64,000 bases of DNA, from the NCBI GenBank assembly GCA_030704615.1, contig CM060731.1, forward strand, positions 95,046,001 to 95,110,000, in the 5' to 3' direction. A model generated the notes under the pieces. It searched no databases, was not told where the DNA came from, and worked only from the letters and a program-made list of their open reading frames with translations. This document shows, in pieces, positions 36,550 to 49,980 of the stretch. The position numbers were made by a program, and so were the translations under genes. The stretch comes from Takakia lepidozioides (Eukaryota > Plantae > Bryophyta). Numbering within the stretch: the stretch's first letter is position 1; every line of letters begins with the position of its first letter.

Positions 36550-39250
36550 TGTCGGAGGGAAACGACGAACCAGCTTCCCATTTCGTTTTGTTGGCCATGC
36601 ATCAGCGTTCAGTGGTGGCACTCCAGAACTTGTTGAAGTAGAAGCACCTGCATGTACAGAGGGGGCTCGCTGAAGGGAGAAGCCTGCCTCCTCCAACATG
36701 GTAATCTCGTGAGTTGTGAGATGTGTCCCCACCTTCACAGGCCAAACACTTGGTGGAGGAGGCTTCATGACAACTGATGGTCGCACAGTCCCACGCACGC
36801 ACCTACCACAGTCGTCAGGGCAGAACCAGAATTTGTGGTTCTTCGCCTCGACTTGCCCGTAAGGCGTGAACAAACCAGTGAAGGTCAGAGCCGGAGTGCG
36901 GACCTTGCCTCTGGATATGGAGGACTTGCATTTCTCGCGATTGGTTGCTCTGATTGCCGTGCACTTCACTCGAGACCCAGCAATGGTGCGTTCTATGTGC
37001 CAGACTTTGTCGGGGCACATGGACTCCACCACATGGGAGCATGTTCGCCTCCTGCCCCATTGCACTCACTGTGGGAGATGGTTGCCTTTGGCTTTGTGAC
37101 AAAGGATCGTCCACACTGGATATGCCGGAAACGAACCTCTGATGAAATAGAACACGCGGCATGGAGAAGTTGTCCCTGTCCGGCCTGTGGGAGTCCGCAT
37201 CCGACCTAGGAGGGGTGTTCAATTTCCGTTTACAAGACCCAAATCTCTCCTCACCCTCCAGATGGGGAACTCTGGACACTAGTGGAGTTCCTTCCGCACA
37301 CATGCTGACAGCCCTGGCAATCTTGTTCGAATCCCCTGATCTTCTTGTTGCTCGCAACATCAACTCGGACTTGTCTGGACCCTTGCCACCAACACCACCC
37401 CGCAAGAACTCCCGATATCTTGTCTGTTGCAGTAGAGCTCGAATCAGATCATCTGCCGTCACCACATACAAATCTCGGCCCCGCTTTCCAGATTGCTGCA
37501 ACCATACATTGTGCACTATCTCCGCAAGATTGCAAGAGGGCATGTCCGCCATCTATTCAATTGAGAAGTGCTGCAAAATGGAAAAATATATATTAGAAAG
37601 AGGACAGGCACACCCCACCATAACAGACATGATTGGAAATAGATTCAAACTCAATGAAATTTGCAAGTTTTCAAATGCACGCACCGTTGTCATGCATGCT
37701 CCCCATTGTTTGTACCGGAAGTGCCAAAATGCCAGCCAGTCTTCTAGCGCTCTCATACTGTCTTCTGATGCAACCCCAGATGAGAACCACCAGGCACGAA
37801 TTGTCTGGAATAATGTATTCGACTCTGCCATGCTTTTGGCATCTTTGTACTGTTTGCATAGCCTAAGATGAATAGGCTACATTTCCGGTTTGATGTCTGC
37901 CTTTGTATGTTTCTCAAGGGACTGGGTCTAATGGAAAAGACATGTTCGCTCTCTTCCTGGCATTGGCACCTTTGGATCTCCTGATCCAAACACAATGCGA
38001 ATAGCATTGAAATTCGCTTGAGCACTGTCGGCCATAAACCCGGCGAAATTTGGAGATGGGAGACCCTGGGAGTCCATAACGCGAATGAGACTTCTCCACA
38101 TTAGCTGCTGCGAATCCGCATCCTCTGATTGCATGTCACACACTGCAATTGTCATGACTCGTTGGTAGAAAGGATCGTAAACATGACACGCCATTGTAGT
38201 CCAGTCTTTCACTCGTTTGACGTGATCAAACATAAGGAAACAGTTCTGAAGATCGCCACCCTTCTACATGCGCTTCACAAGACTGAGCCCATCCTCAATG
38301 CATTCACCTGGTTTTTAATGTTCGACGAGCTCAAGGTAGAGAAGTGATCCATAACATTGTCCAAGGCTGCCCCGTCGAGTTTCCTGCCAACAGAATCTCC
38401 TTCACTAAGAATATGGGTTTCCAGGAAAGTCTTGCTTGCTCCAAGAACAATTGTGGAGGTGGTGGCTGTTGGATTGCTCTCATACTCTTGTCTTATCAAC
38501 CTGGATACTGTTTCAACGCTTTCCTGTAATCCCCCTTCGACATTGGATGGTTGTGGAACCCGAAATGCACACCGGCTCTAGTCAAGGTTGGAAAACGGTG
38601 CACCACATAGTACATTCTTGCTCCACACACTGCCACACAGGAAGGAGCTCGTTTGCAGAACTTGCAAACGAACGTGTTGGAGCTTGGAGGTGCTTCACCG
38701 GGCTTGAAAGGATTCTTGGTGACACCCTCCCACTCGCTCTGGTTCTGAACCTCTGACAGCAGGAAATGTCTGCAACTCAAATTCTCGCACCTCAGGTGCC
38801 CATTGCACACCGCTCTCCTGAACACGAGCTTGTCATCATTTTGAATATTGGATGTCTTTGTTCTGCACCATGGGTGTCCATCGTGTCTCTTGTCCATTCC
38901 GTGCATCAGGCTCAAAACAGGTCCACCCCGCCCAAGTGGAGGCAACTCGAAGACGACATCCCCATCAAAAGATTCCGGAAGGTACTGCACACGCTCAACA
39001 GGGACAGTGTCCCAGTCAATCCCCCGCAATTCACTCTTGAAACCGGGCATTCCTCCCATTGACTTCAGTTTAGGAATGACACTACACAGGTCCTTCAATT
39101 CCGGCACCACGACCACCGGAGAAGGAGCCACAAAAGGAATTTTCGGGACGTCCTCCTCCGAGGAGTCGGAGAGCTCAACAATTTGTCTAGAAGTTGTGCG
39201 CTCCGTCTTCACGACCACATTCCTCTTGTCTTGAACAACAGAAGCAGCAG
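36550..39250 (-). pseudogene. Second subfamily C transposase, truncated at both ends with an internal deletion
   Basis: DKRHDGHPWCRTKT, MFDHVKR, FMADSAQA, CLFH and CNLAEIVH. Deletion near 38290; no SWIM. Confidence 0.9.
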
Positions 39251-39429
39251 TTACTCACCTCTCTCAGCTGTCGAACTCTAATCGAACTACTTGGGATGTT
39301 ACAGCAGATGTGATAGAAATAAAAGTTTCAAGTAAAAGCTTCAAGTACTAACTCATGAAAGTTTATTCAAAAATAGATGTCGGTGCATTGTAAGTTGCAA
39401 TTATAAATAGCATATATATATATATATTC

Positions 39430-39553
39430 CTCCTTTAGGACTCTTTAGGACTGTCCTAAGGAGTCCTAAGGGCAATTATAAATTATATATATATATATAT
39501 TTTCCTCTTCTTAGGACTCCTTAGGACTGTCCTAAGGAGTCCTAAGGGCAATT

Positions 39554-39584
<31 letters not shown>

Positions 39585-39775
39585 TCCTCTTCTTAGGACT
39601 GTCCTAAGGAGTCCTAAGGGCAATTATTTTTATTTTTATTTTTATTATTTTCCTCCTCTTAGGACTCCTTAGGATTGTCCTAAGGAGTCCTTGGGGCAAT
39701 TATAAATATATTTTCTTTTTCTTTTTCTTAGGACTCCTTAGGACTGTCCTAAGGAGTCCTAAGGGCAATTATAAA
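39430..39775. repeat. Five long palindromes TTAGGACTCCTTAGGACWGTCCTAAGGAGTCCTAA separated by AT-rich tracts
   Basis: Copies at about 39435, 39512, 39592 (partial), 39659 and 39728. Confidence 0.88.
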
Positions 39776-39934
39776 TAACAATTGTTTTTTTTGTTTTTGT
39801 TTTTTTGTTTTTTTTTGTGTGTGATGAAATAGGCAAAGAAATGAGTAAATTTCAAATGGTAGAAAATTGCGTGTGTTGAAGCACGCAATTTTTGGCAAGT
39901 TTTTTTACATGCGAAACCTATCACTTTGAGTGCA

Positions 39935-42900
39935 GACGAAGAAAAGGAAAGGTGCTACTCAGGTAGAGGACGAAGTGATTGAGCAGGAACTGGTGGTTGT
40001 TGAGGAGGAGGACGATGGCAAGCCATACGAAGACAGAGCGAAAGATCTACTTTCCTTCTCCAAAGTGAATTCGGCCAGGGTCATCAAGGCCATGGGCGTC
40101 CTTGGGGGAAAAATAATGATACCCCTATGCCGTTTGATCTCCATGCCCTTCGTTCGACCAGCTCTGACGAATGACATTCAAAGTTGGAACATGATTTCTG
40201 CCATGGGTACATAGAGGGTCAATCTGTTTTTTACGTCTCCTTGGCGGACTCCGCTGGCAGAGAGGTGTTGGTGGACGAGTCCATTGTTGGAGGCTGGGAT
40301 CCTATCTGGCGACAGATAAACGAGGAGTTCGAATCTATCATTTGCAAGAGGCTCGTCACCCAGCCTTTCTCAAGCAAGATGTTTTATGTCTGGGATGGCA
40401 ACCACCGATTGCTTGCCTGGAGGAACATGATCGAGAGATATCATAGCACCGAGGAGGAGTGACACTACTCTGTGGCCTCAATGGTGCTGGATCCCAAGGG
40501 AAACATCACTACACTGTTGACGGCAATGCATGACGTTAACAAGTAAGTGTCTTCTTCACCTATTATTGTCTGCAATTTTCCCTTGACTGTCTGTTCGCTT
40601 TTAGCACTCACCGACGACACACCACTGTATGTGCAGGGGAACTGAAACCGCCCATGTGACAACAAACCTTCTTCACACACTATTCAGGATACAGAATATC
40701 GGCCAGATGTCCCTCAATTCATTCAAGAGCATCTCGAGTGCAGAGTCATTCAAGAAATGTTTGACATCGAAAACGTCAGATACCTGATACAAGCTGACAA
40801 GGGAATCATTCATGGAGTACATGTACACTGTAAGTATTCCATCGCTCCGGCCTTCCATTATCTGTTGTGATCTCATTCCGGATTGCGTTTTGCAGCAAGA
40901 AATAGCTGAAGCTGGAGAGAGAGGAAAAGCTGAGTATTATTTGAAAAACCCGGAGGGTATGAGGACGTCCAAGGGAGTGGCGGAAGCCATGAAGTTTACG
41001 ATGAATGAGATACGGAAGAAGCTCATGATCGCTTTTGTGAAACAACTGAGAATAGCTGACCCTGATTTTGGTCCCCAGTTCCTTAACCAGGTGAGGATCC
41101 ACTGGAACAATAACACCAAACCGGAGATGACACAAGAAAAGCTTCACCGGTTGTCAACTACAGCTGTGGAAGCTGACCAGAAAGTGAAATGGTTGGAGAT
41201 TTGGAATTCCGACCCAACTGTCAAGGATACATACTGCTTCCCTAGGGGTGAAAGAGATGAGAACACTGGGCACATCAAACCCTTCAGCGACCAAGTTCTC
41301 GATACATGGTTGCACAAAGCCACCTACTGGAGCCAGGTACTTTTCAGGACTTTCTTTGCTTGAAATTTTGAGAATATCTTCCCATGAATGTATGACTACA
41401 AAATTACCATGACCGTGCCTAAGGACACTCTGGAGGATTACTTGAGGCAGTGGAAGGCCACTGCTTGGAGCAACTGCTTCTTCAGAGAGTTTTCCCGAGA
41501 TGGAGGAATCTCCCGCACAAATGACTTTGACCAGCAGTACGGGGCGGAGGGAGCCATGAAGAGGGTCCTATATAGGTTCGTTAATTTTGTTTTATGTTTG
41601 AAAACTTTCTTTAGCAATCACTAGACAGGCAGTTTGTGGCCATGCAAAACTGCGTGCGCCAACGCACGCAATTTTGGAGGGCCGCAAACTCAGATGTGTT
41701 CTCTCCTCCATCATGGATTTCAATGTTTCGTTGGCAGTTCTGAATGGAATATGTGTCTGCCGAGAATGGGATATCTTACTGCATATGGAACCCTTTGTTT
41801 TCTCCTGTTCTTGCATATGGTACTTGTGAGTGTATTTCGGTTGCCTCATGCTCAAGTATTTGTGCACCCCGTCGACGCACGCATTTTGGGAGGTCCGCAG
41901 TATATGCTTTTTTGCCTTCAATGACTAAAAGTGTATCTCTTTTGTTTTGTAGGTATATCAAGAACGTGCTCATTCCGGGGAAAAACCTCAGTAAGTACCA
42001 TGCCTTCATCGACTTGTGGTCTGACCCCTCTAACAGTCAGACCATGTACACGGCAGCCATCCGCAGAGACTACGGGAGATACCACCTGAAAGACTGCTGC
42101 TGGTATCTAGACATTCCGAAATCAGATTGCCCCTAGTATGAGTTGCAGACACGGAACCAGAACGACAATGTGGAGTCTTTGGCCCCTCTTATTGACAAGG
42201 AATTGCATGAGAGGAATCTGCGAAACCTCGCTGAGAAGGAACCCGCAGCCAACAAAACTCCTGCGAGAGGGAAGGGAAAGGGAAATGGTACAAAGGACGA
42301 AGGGAAGGAGAAGGCCACCCAAGGGGAGACTGCGGGCGGTGAGGTAGCGCAGACCCCAATTGCAAACAAGGAACGAAAACGTAAGGGGAAGATTGAGCCA
42401 TACGACGCAGTGGAGCACCCATCCAGAATCCAACGAGAATGTAAATGCGAGATGGTCAATGATTCATTCCTTGCCATGATGGAAAGCAGGAAATCTGGCT
42501 ACACTGGAGAACCCTCTCGAACTTGGGGCAAGTTGTGTGCATTCCTTGACTCGGTAAGCCAATTCCCACTGTTTGTCTCCTTTACTGTTTTCCCTGTTGG
42601 ATAGTTATTTAATTTTTGCCGTCTGTCTGTTTTCAGGTTTCGAAAGGGCAGTGTTGGGTCAATGGTTCTCTGAAACCATGTTGTGCCGACATGGTGATTG
42701 TGGACATTCCGGATGGGCTACCAGTACCGGACATTTTACCCACAGGCACTTGCCCAACATGGAATGCATTTGATGAGAGGTACTGGCGGTGGGTATTTTC
42801 ATTTTGCAAATTTTTTTTATCGGATGCAGGGGTTCTTGTAATGATCCAGTCGATCAATACAAAATATCGCCGGGAGCTTGCAAGCTACCTCAAGGCCTCG

Positions 42901-44017
42901 GGGATGAAAATCATCAAAACGTGGAATGGTGTGAACAGTCTGTACTTGACAAAGGGCGACTGTCCCGGACAAATGGTAATCGACTTTCTCTTACCTGCTT
43001 CATTTGAAGTTCCATTTCACCCCTGCAGAAATGAGTGCGTCAACGCACTCATTTTCGGAGGTTTCAAGCACTGTTCTTTCCAGATGAATTTTTTTGGATT
43101 CATTAATATGTGCTTCATGTTGTCTTGTGTGTAGACCCGCCTTTTTGAGGCCGTCTGCCTTGTTAGAGTGCACCCTGCTTCAACTCCCACAGCAGTGAAG
43201 GAGTTCAAGCTTCATGGGGGAGGTTCGTTCATCAACGATAAGTTCGATCCAGTGGTGGACGACATGCACTACAATTACGTGGATTCCAATGTGTGCTTGC
43301 GAAAGTCCAACTCCACGCCATGGAGAGGGGCCAAGGAGAAGAGCCCAACATTTATTCAAACAATTGTGGAGACTTGTTCCCATCCGGGGGCGCGTATAGT
43401 GGACCTCACTCTTGGCACAGGTTTCACCCCGAACCTACTGCGGTGTTTTCTTCTTGGTGCAAAATTTGTTAATATGTGTCCTAAGAGTACTCTGTCTTGT
43501 AGGAGCTTCGTACCATGCTTGCAAGGCAGCGGGCAGGCATTTGTTTGGTATGGAAGGGGATGCGGACATTTTCAATGACCTCCTCCATAACTTGGAAGCG
43601 CCAGCGCCGGCGCCTGCCGCCCAATAACAGGAGGGTATAGTGCATGTGGAAATCAACGAAGGGGACGACAAAGTCTTGGACGACGATTTTGCATGTGAGT
43701 AAGTTGTTTTTCTGTAAGCCGATTTCTCCCGCGAAAATGGCCCCCCCTTTCCCATTAATGGTGGCTAATGCAATTGTGGTTCTTTGGATGGCAGGATATT
43801 GGAAGCTATTCCTTTGGTCAAAGTCTCTTTTATTCACAATGACTTGTGGTGCAGCCCTCCACGTTCATATATCCTACCCAACTACGCGGAGGCCATTGCT
43901 CGTCAACAGAGTTTTATGTTATCTCCCCCATGTGCTCGAAAGCACAACAGGCACCTCGGAGCTCGGGTTTATGTCGATGATACTGCACAAGTTTCAGGGG
44001 ATAGTTCTAGTGACTGA
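39935..44017 (+). pseudogene. Subfamily C ParB plus beta-class amino-MTase gene; spliced and decayed
   Basis: IPLCRLISMPFVRP..FYVWDGNHRLLAW; ADMVIVDIPDG; FFLSDAGVLV; KEKSPTFIQTIVETCSHPGARIVDLTLGTGASYHACKAAGRHLFGMEGD. Confidence 0.88.
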
Positions 44018-44244
44018 AATGCAAATTTCATCATTTTGGGGGGTCTCGTGATGTTCACAGTTTCAGACATTTTGTGTCCCTCCACATCTTTGTAATAAAA
44101 TTTGTGCCTATTCGTTGTAATGTCGTTAAAAGATGGTTTCTCATTTTCGGGCCGTGTAAGCATTTACAACAGTGGCTTCTATGCACTTCATACAGTGGAT
44201 AGTTGTATCTTGGCTTGTAGGCTTTGATTGTAATATACAACAAA

Positions 44245-44670
44245 TGGTTGGTAATGGGTCAAACAAAAAGACAAGGCACCTAGGGGATGATGTATGTATT
44301 GACTCTCGGGTCCAACGCAAGTTCAAAGGCAGCCTCCTGATGCCTAACATTGGTTATGGGTCAAACAAGAAAACAAGGCACGTAGGGGATGATTTGCGGA
44401 CTATCGGGTTCAACGCAAGGTCAAGGGCAGCATCCTGATGCGTAACATTGGTTATGGTTCAAACAAGAAGACAGTGCACCTAGTGGATGGTGTATTGACT
44501 CTTGGTTTCAGCGCAAGTTCAAAGGCGGGATCCTCATGCCTAACATTAGTTATGGGTCAAACAAGAAGACAAGGCACCTAGGGGATGATTGGTGGACTCT
44601 CGGTTTTAGCGCAAGTTCAAGGACAACATCCTCATGCATAACATTGGTTATGGGTCAAACAAGAAGGACA
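44245..44670. repeat. ~98-bp tandem repeat, about 4.5 copies
   Basis: Recurrent CATTGGTTATGGGTCAAACAAGAAGACAAGGCACCTAGGGGATG. Confidence 0.85.
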
Positions 44671-45559
44671 AGACAGATATTTTGTCAAATTCTGTTACAC
44701 AATGTTGTACAACCCGGAATTCCTCCTCATGCACAAACGAGAGCCAAATTCATTTTGAATGTTGTTGTATAATGGTCCTGATGAAAAACCATGAAAGTTG
44801 CAGTACTCTAGTAACATACATGTGCACATTTCTACCTCACTGGCAGGGGCCGCAATACGCATTGGAGTCCAACCCATGTTTAGCGTGGTCAGGTGGTGCG
44901 TTGCAGAAAGTATAGTGCTGAAATGGCTTGTAATGTGTCAACACTAAAGAGGACAACTAAAGAGGAGCGTGCTGCACACTAGAATGTTGCAGTAAGCACT
45001 CAGACAAAGTCGCAGAATGAAAGATCAGTCTCACATCTGCTGTGTTGTCTTATTCTACGTTGCTGTCATCTGTCTACCTTTCCCCAAATGCCAGACATTC
45101 ATTAAATCTTATCAAGTGCTTCAGGACGGATTTTAGACACAATTTCTAAAGTTTGTGCAAACGACATTGATCGTTGTGCTTGGTTTCCATAAATGTTAGA
45201 ATGACATCCTCGCTCAACATTCATCCACTCTATCATCCATTCATGATATTTCATCCACATTTGTCCACAACTATTCATCCCCATTCATCCATACTAGCAG
45301 TGTCCCATCCACATTGGCTCTGCTTCATCCTCATTAACTCATCCACAACCATTCTACACTGATGACAGCAACGTAAAATACCACATTAGCATGGCATTAA
45401 ATCATGTGAGGACCATTGTAGACTGATGACCTGGACATTAATACATCCATAACCATTTCAGTCTCTACGTACACTATCATTCTGCAACATTCACCAACAA
45501 ACCCTAAACTCTCTTTTGGTTCCCTGTCTGCCAAATGCGCAATCCGCGGCTATAGGCCC

Positions 45560-46625
45560 GTCCACTCACAAACCAAGTCTTCTGTAAATCTGGTGCTGGT
45601 ATAGCAGCTAGCTTTTTCATCATCAATTCCATCTTTTCCATATACTCCTCAACAGTTTCATGCTTCTTTTGCTTTAACTGTTGTAAACTTCCATACACTT
45701 CATCCTCAGTTTTACTTGTCCTGAACCTATTTTGGAATGTTGTATTCAAGCCATTCCAGGTTAGGAAATGATTATCAGGGAATCTTGCATACCATTCACT
45801 TGCTTTCTTGATAAGTGAACAAGGAAACAGTCTCATCTTGGCATCATTGCCATTCTCATTGTTCACAATGCACATGTGCTCAAATTGGCTAATGTGTACA
45901 TCATGATCCCTTTTTCCTGAATATATTGGAAAATGTGGTTTTGCCCGTGTTGGTTGTAACGCCATCTGTGGCCCTACCTTCTGCCCACTGACAGATGCTG
46001 GCCCCTTTGCTGGTGCTGGTCCTTGAGGACCTGTTGTAGTTGTGGTGGAACTTCCACCAAGTGGTGGCCCCTGAGCACTCCCTGCTACTGGCCCCACTAT
46101 ATTCACAGTATTCCCAGCTCCAGTTGCACTACTTCCCACACTAGCTGTCCCCCCAGAGCCAGATCCAGGCTGCCCGCCTGATCCCCCTGAGCCGACACCT
46201 TCGTTGGCCTGTGATCCAAGTGCTCCACTTGATCTAGGTCCAACGGGTTGGGATGTCCTGGTTGTAGTCTCAACCTCAGCTGTTGGGTCTACTTCTTCAT
46301 ACTCTTCCTCTTCCAATTTCTTCTCTTTGTTTTCATCCTCCAAGTTCTGCCCTTGGGTTTCTTCTTCACTCCTGTAACTCAACTGCAATGGTGTTGAAGA
46401 GTCTGAACTCTCCGTTGGCTCTGCCACATCCTCTCCTCCTTCTTCATCTTCCGTCTCAGAAACTGGAGTTCCTGCTTTTGGTGTTCCATGCCAACTCTTA
46501 TCAAAGATTTCTGTCAAATCTTTTATCCAGGGATGTACCTCAGATCTTTCACCTCGTGGTTGATCTTCTTCTAGTATCAATTCCCTTAATCTTTCTTTCA
46601 AAGAAAAATAAGGAGTGGCATCCAA
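45560..46625 (-). pseudogene. gag: Retrotransposon gag fragment, inverted relative to pol
   Basis: FPIYSG..HISQFE..KMRLFPCSL..ASEWY..TWNGL..F..RF..LKQKKHETVEEY. Confidence 0.85.
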
Positions 46626-46632
46626 CTCTATG

Positions 46633-49600
46633 GCAGATTCCTCTGATTCTGAAAGAGAAGAGGAAGTGAGTGAGGATGAAGGGAAGAAAGAAGCTGCAGA
46701 CATGTAGAGTAATGAAGGGACTTTGGCTGAAGTGATATGCCAGTTCAAAGCGGAGATTACCATTGGACAGCTATTGGCTGTGGCACCTTATTGTAGACAC
46801 AGGCTGTATCAAGCTATCAATCGAATTGCCCATGTGACAGGGAATACAGACCTGAACAGCAAGGTGACCAGTTATAATGTGAAGCCGGAAGGGCGAGAAA
46901 CAGTCATAGACTTTGATGATTTTATGCCAGTAATCCAATTGAGAATTGGAAGCACAGAACTAACTGATGTACTGATAGATGGAGGCTCTGGAGTGAATAT
47001 CATGACAGACCAATTAAGGCAAAAGCTTGGTCTAAGTAACATGAAACCAGCCCCATTTACAGTAATAATGGCAGATCAAAGAAGTGTACAGCCATTGGGA
47101 TTGATAAGAGGAGTTAAGATACAAATTCAAAAGATGATCTTTATGATCACAGTAACTGTGTTGAAAATGGATGAAGTCATGGAAGCTTACTCCTTATTGT
47201 TGGGACGTCCGTGGCTGAAACAGGCCAGGGTATTCCATGACTGGAATTCCCAGTTACTAACTGTGCATGATGGGATGCACAAGATACAAATTACCACTAA
47301 GAAATCTAGTAGATTACCTGCTACGAGAAGACCTCCAGGGGTCAGGGAGTATGATTGGAGGGGAGGACTTGATGAGGAGCAGGAAACTACCCTGTTCGTT
47401 GCATACCCAGAGTGGGAGCAGGTTGCAGAGATGCAACTGGAAGGCCTAAGTTGTTTAAAAGGTATCTGTTGTGGTGTAGTGACAGCAACACCAATTGAGG
47501 GTGAAACAAGTAGTTACCCACCACATTTCTATGAAGAAAGAGAGGGAGAAATGGAAATCCTAGAGGAACCAGCCACTATGAGTTTACAGGATAAAGTGGT
47601 GACTGGTTGGATAATCACAGCTGATGAGCATGTGAGAGAAGTGAATGTGGGAACTGAAGAGGAACCGAGGATGGTGAAGGTAGGGGCTGATTTGGAGCCA
47701 TAATTCTTTGAGGAAGCTAAGAGTTTGTTCATCAAATACAGAGATGTATTTGCTTGGAGCTACGAGGATCTAAAAGGGATACCACCTGAGATCTGTCAGC
47801 ATAAGATTGAACTGGAACCAGGGTCAGTACCAATCAAACAGGCAAGGTACATAATGAATCCCAACTATGCACAGAAGGTTGGAGAAGAGATCAAGAAGTT
47901 GGCTGAGGCTAAGTTTATATACTCGATAGAGTATACAACTTGGTTGTCACCCATTGTGATAGTTCCCAAGAAGAATGGTAAATTGAGAGTTTGTGTGAAC
48001 TATAAGAAGTTGAATGCTTGCACGAAGAAAGATCATTTCCCCTTGCCATTCACAGAAGCGGTATTGGACACTGTGGCAGGCCATGAGATGTACTCATTCA
48101 TGGATGGCTTCAGTGGTTATAATCAAGTGCAAGTGGTACATTACAAAGTCCAAAAGGCATGACTTTGTATGCATAAGCACCCCAATCTGTGATGAAAGCT
48201 GTCTTTCCCTGGTCTTCTTTTGAGGAACTTACATTGTCAGTAACAACTACCTGTGCTGATTAACCCTCACTGGCATGTAGTATTTCATGTTCACTGTGAT
48301 GCCCTCAGGGGAAGCGTTGGGAGCGGTGTTAGCCCAAAATGTTACAGGAAATATAGATTCACCTGTGTACTATGCTAGCAGGTTGATGAACAGTGCTGAA
48401 AGGAACTATAACACAACTGAAAAGAGAAGCACTGGCAATGATTTATGCAGTCAAGAAATTCAGGCATTACCTATTGGGAAGAAAGTTTATGTTTTATGTG
48501 GATCACCAGGCTCTGATATATCTGATGAACAAACCTTTGAGAAGTGGAAGGATAGCAAGGTGGTTAATAATCTTACACGAGTTTGAGTTCAAAGTTGTTT
48601 ACAAGCCTGGCCGTTTGCATCTTGTGGCAGATCATTTGTCACGCCTAACAACAGGAGAGCCCGCCACATGAGTAGACGACCAATTACCTGATGCGAGTTT
48701 ATTTGCAATGGAGGTGCAGGGAAGTCCAGATGAATGGTTAGATTGGCAGTGGCCAATCAGATACTACCTTACTCATTGTCAGTGCCCACCTAGTTATGGT
48801 AAGGAGCAGAGGAAGAGAATCGCTATCAAGGCTTTACCTTATACCATGGTAGGGGGCAGAATGTATAAGCTAGGACCTGATGGAGTACTTAAACGATGCT
48901 TGTACCACCATGAAGTAAATAAAGTTTTGGAGGAAGTTCATAAAGGAGTGGCTGGAGGTCATTTTGGAGAAGAGACTACCAGTAGGAAGATACTACTTGC
49001 AGGTTACTGGTGGCCTACTTTGTTCAAAGATGTACACAAGTATTGTCAGAGTTGTGATGAATGTCAGAGGCTAGGACCTTTGCAAAGATCTGGGAAGATG
49101 GCTTTGCATCCTACGATGCCTACTGAACCGTTTCAGAAATGGGGACTAGACTTTGTTGGACCAATTAACCCACCAGCCAAGAATACACAGAACAAGTACA
49201 TAATTACAGCCACTGATTATACTACGAAGTGGGTGGAAGCTAAAGCTCTGAGGGACAACACAGCCAATTCCACAGCAAGGTTCCTGTATGAGAACATACT
49301 TACACGATTTGGCTGTCCCCTGGAATTTATCAGTGACCAGGGAAGTCACTTCATTAATGAGACCATTGAACTATTGACTAAAGAGTTCATGATTGTGCAT
49401 AAGAAGAGTACAACATATTACCCACAGGGTAATGGGCAGGCAGAGGCTACCAACAAAATACTATGTACTATCTTGGCTAAGATAGTCAATGCAAACAGAA
49501 CGGATTGGGATACAAAGCTGCTGACAGCTTTGTGGTCATACAGGACTTTATATAAAGTCACCACTAAGTATACACCATTCCAATTAGTTTATGGTATGGA

Positions 49601-49980
49601 AGCTTTACTTCCAGTGGAATTCTTGTTACCTACCATGAGAACTGAATGGGGAAGGAGAATGGAATTGGAAGATTCAATTAAGGTCAGGAAACATGAATTA
49701 TACCATGTGGAAGAAGTACGTGCTGATGCAGCTGATAACATGACCAGAATTCAGATGAAGAGGAAGGAACAGTTTGATGAAGGCAAATTAAAGACTTTTA
49801 AGACGAGAGATTTGGTTCTCTGGTTGCAGAAGAAGGGGAAGATTAAAGCTTCTAAGCTTAAATCACCATGGAAATGACCTTATGTCATACAGAAGATATA
49901 TGATAACAACACCGTCATATTACAAACCATTAACAAAGAGATGCTGGGAAGAGTCAATGCCAATAAGTTGAAGGGGTACA
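46633..49980 (+). pseudogene. pol: Gypsy pol: protease, partly deleted RT, RNase H, integrase
   Basis: VLIDGGSGVN; WLSPIVIVPKKNGKLRVC..MDGFSGYNQ followed by a deletion near 48135; RNase H YYASR..E..A..DHQAL; integrase H..GHF..C..CQR, WGLDFVG, ISDQG and GQAE. Confidence 0.92.

Noticed and set aside
35965-37065. 366-aa ORF as a single gene
   Set aside because: It is a chance read-through from a transposase fragment, across a junction at ~36550, into unrelated sequence.
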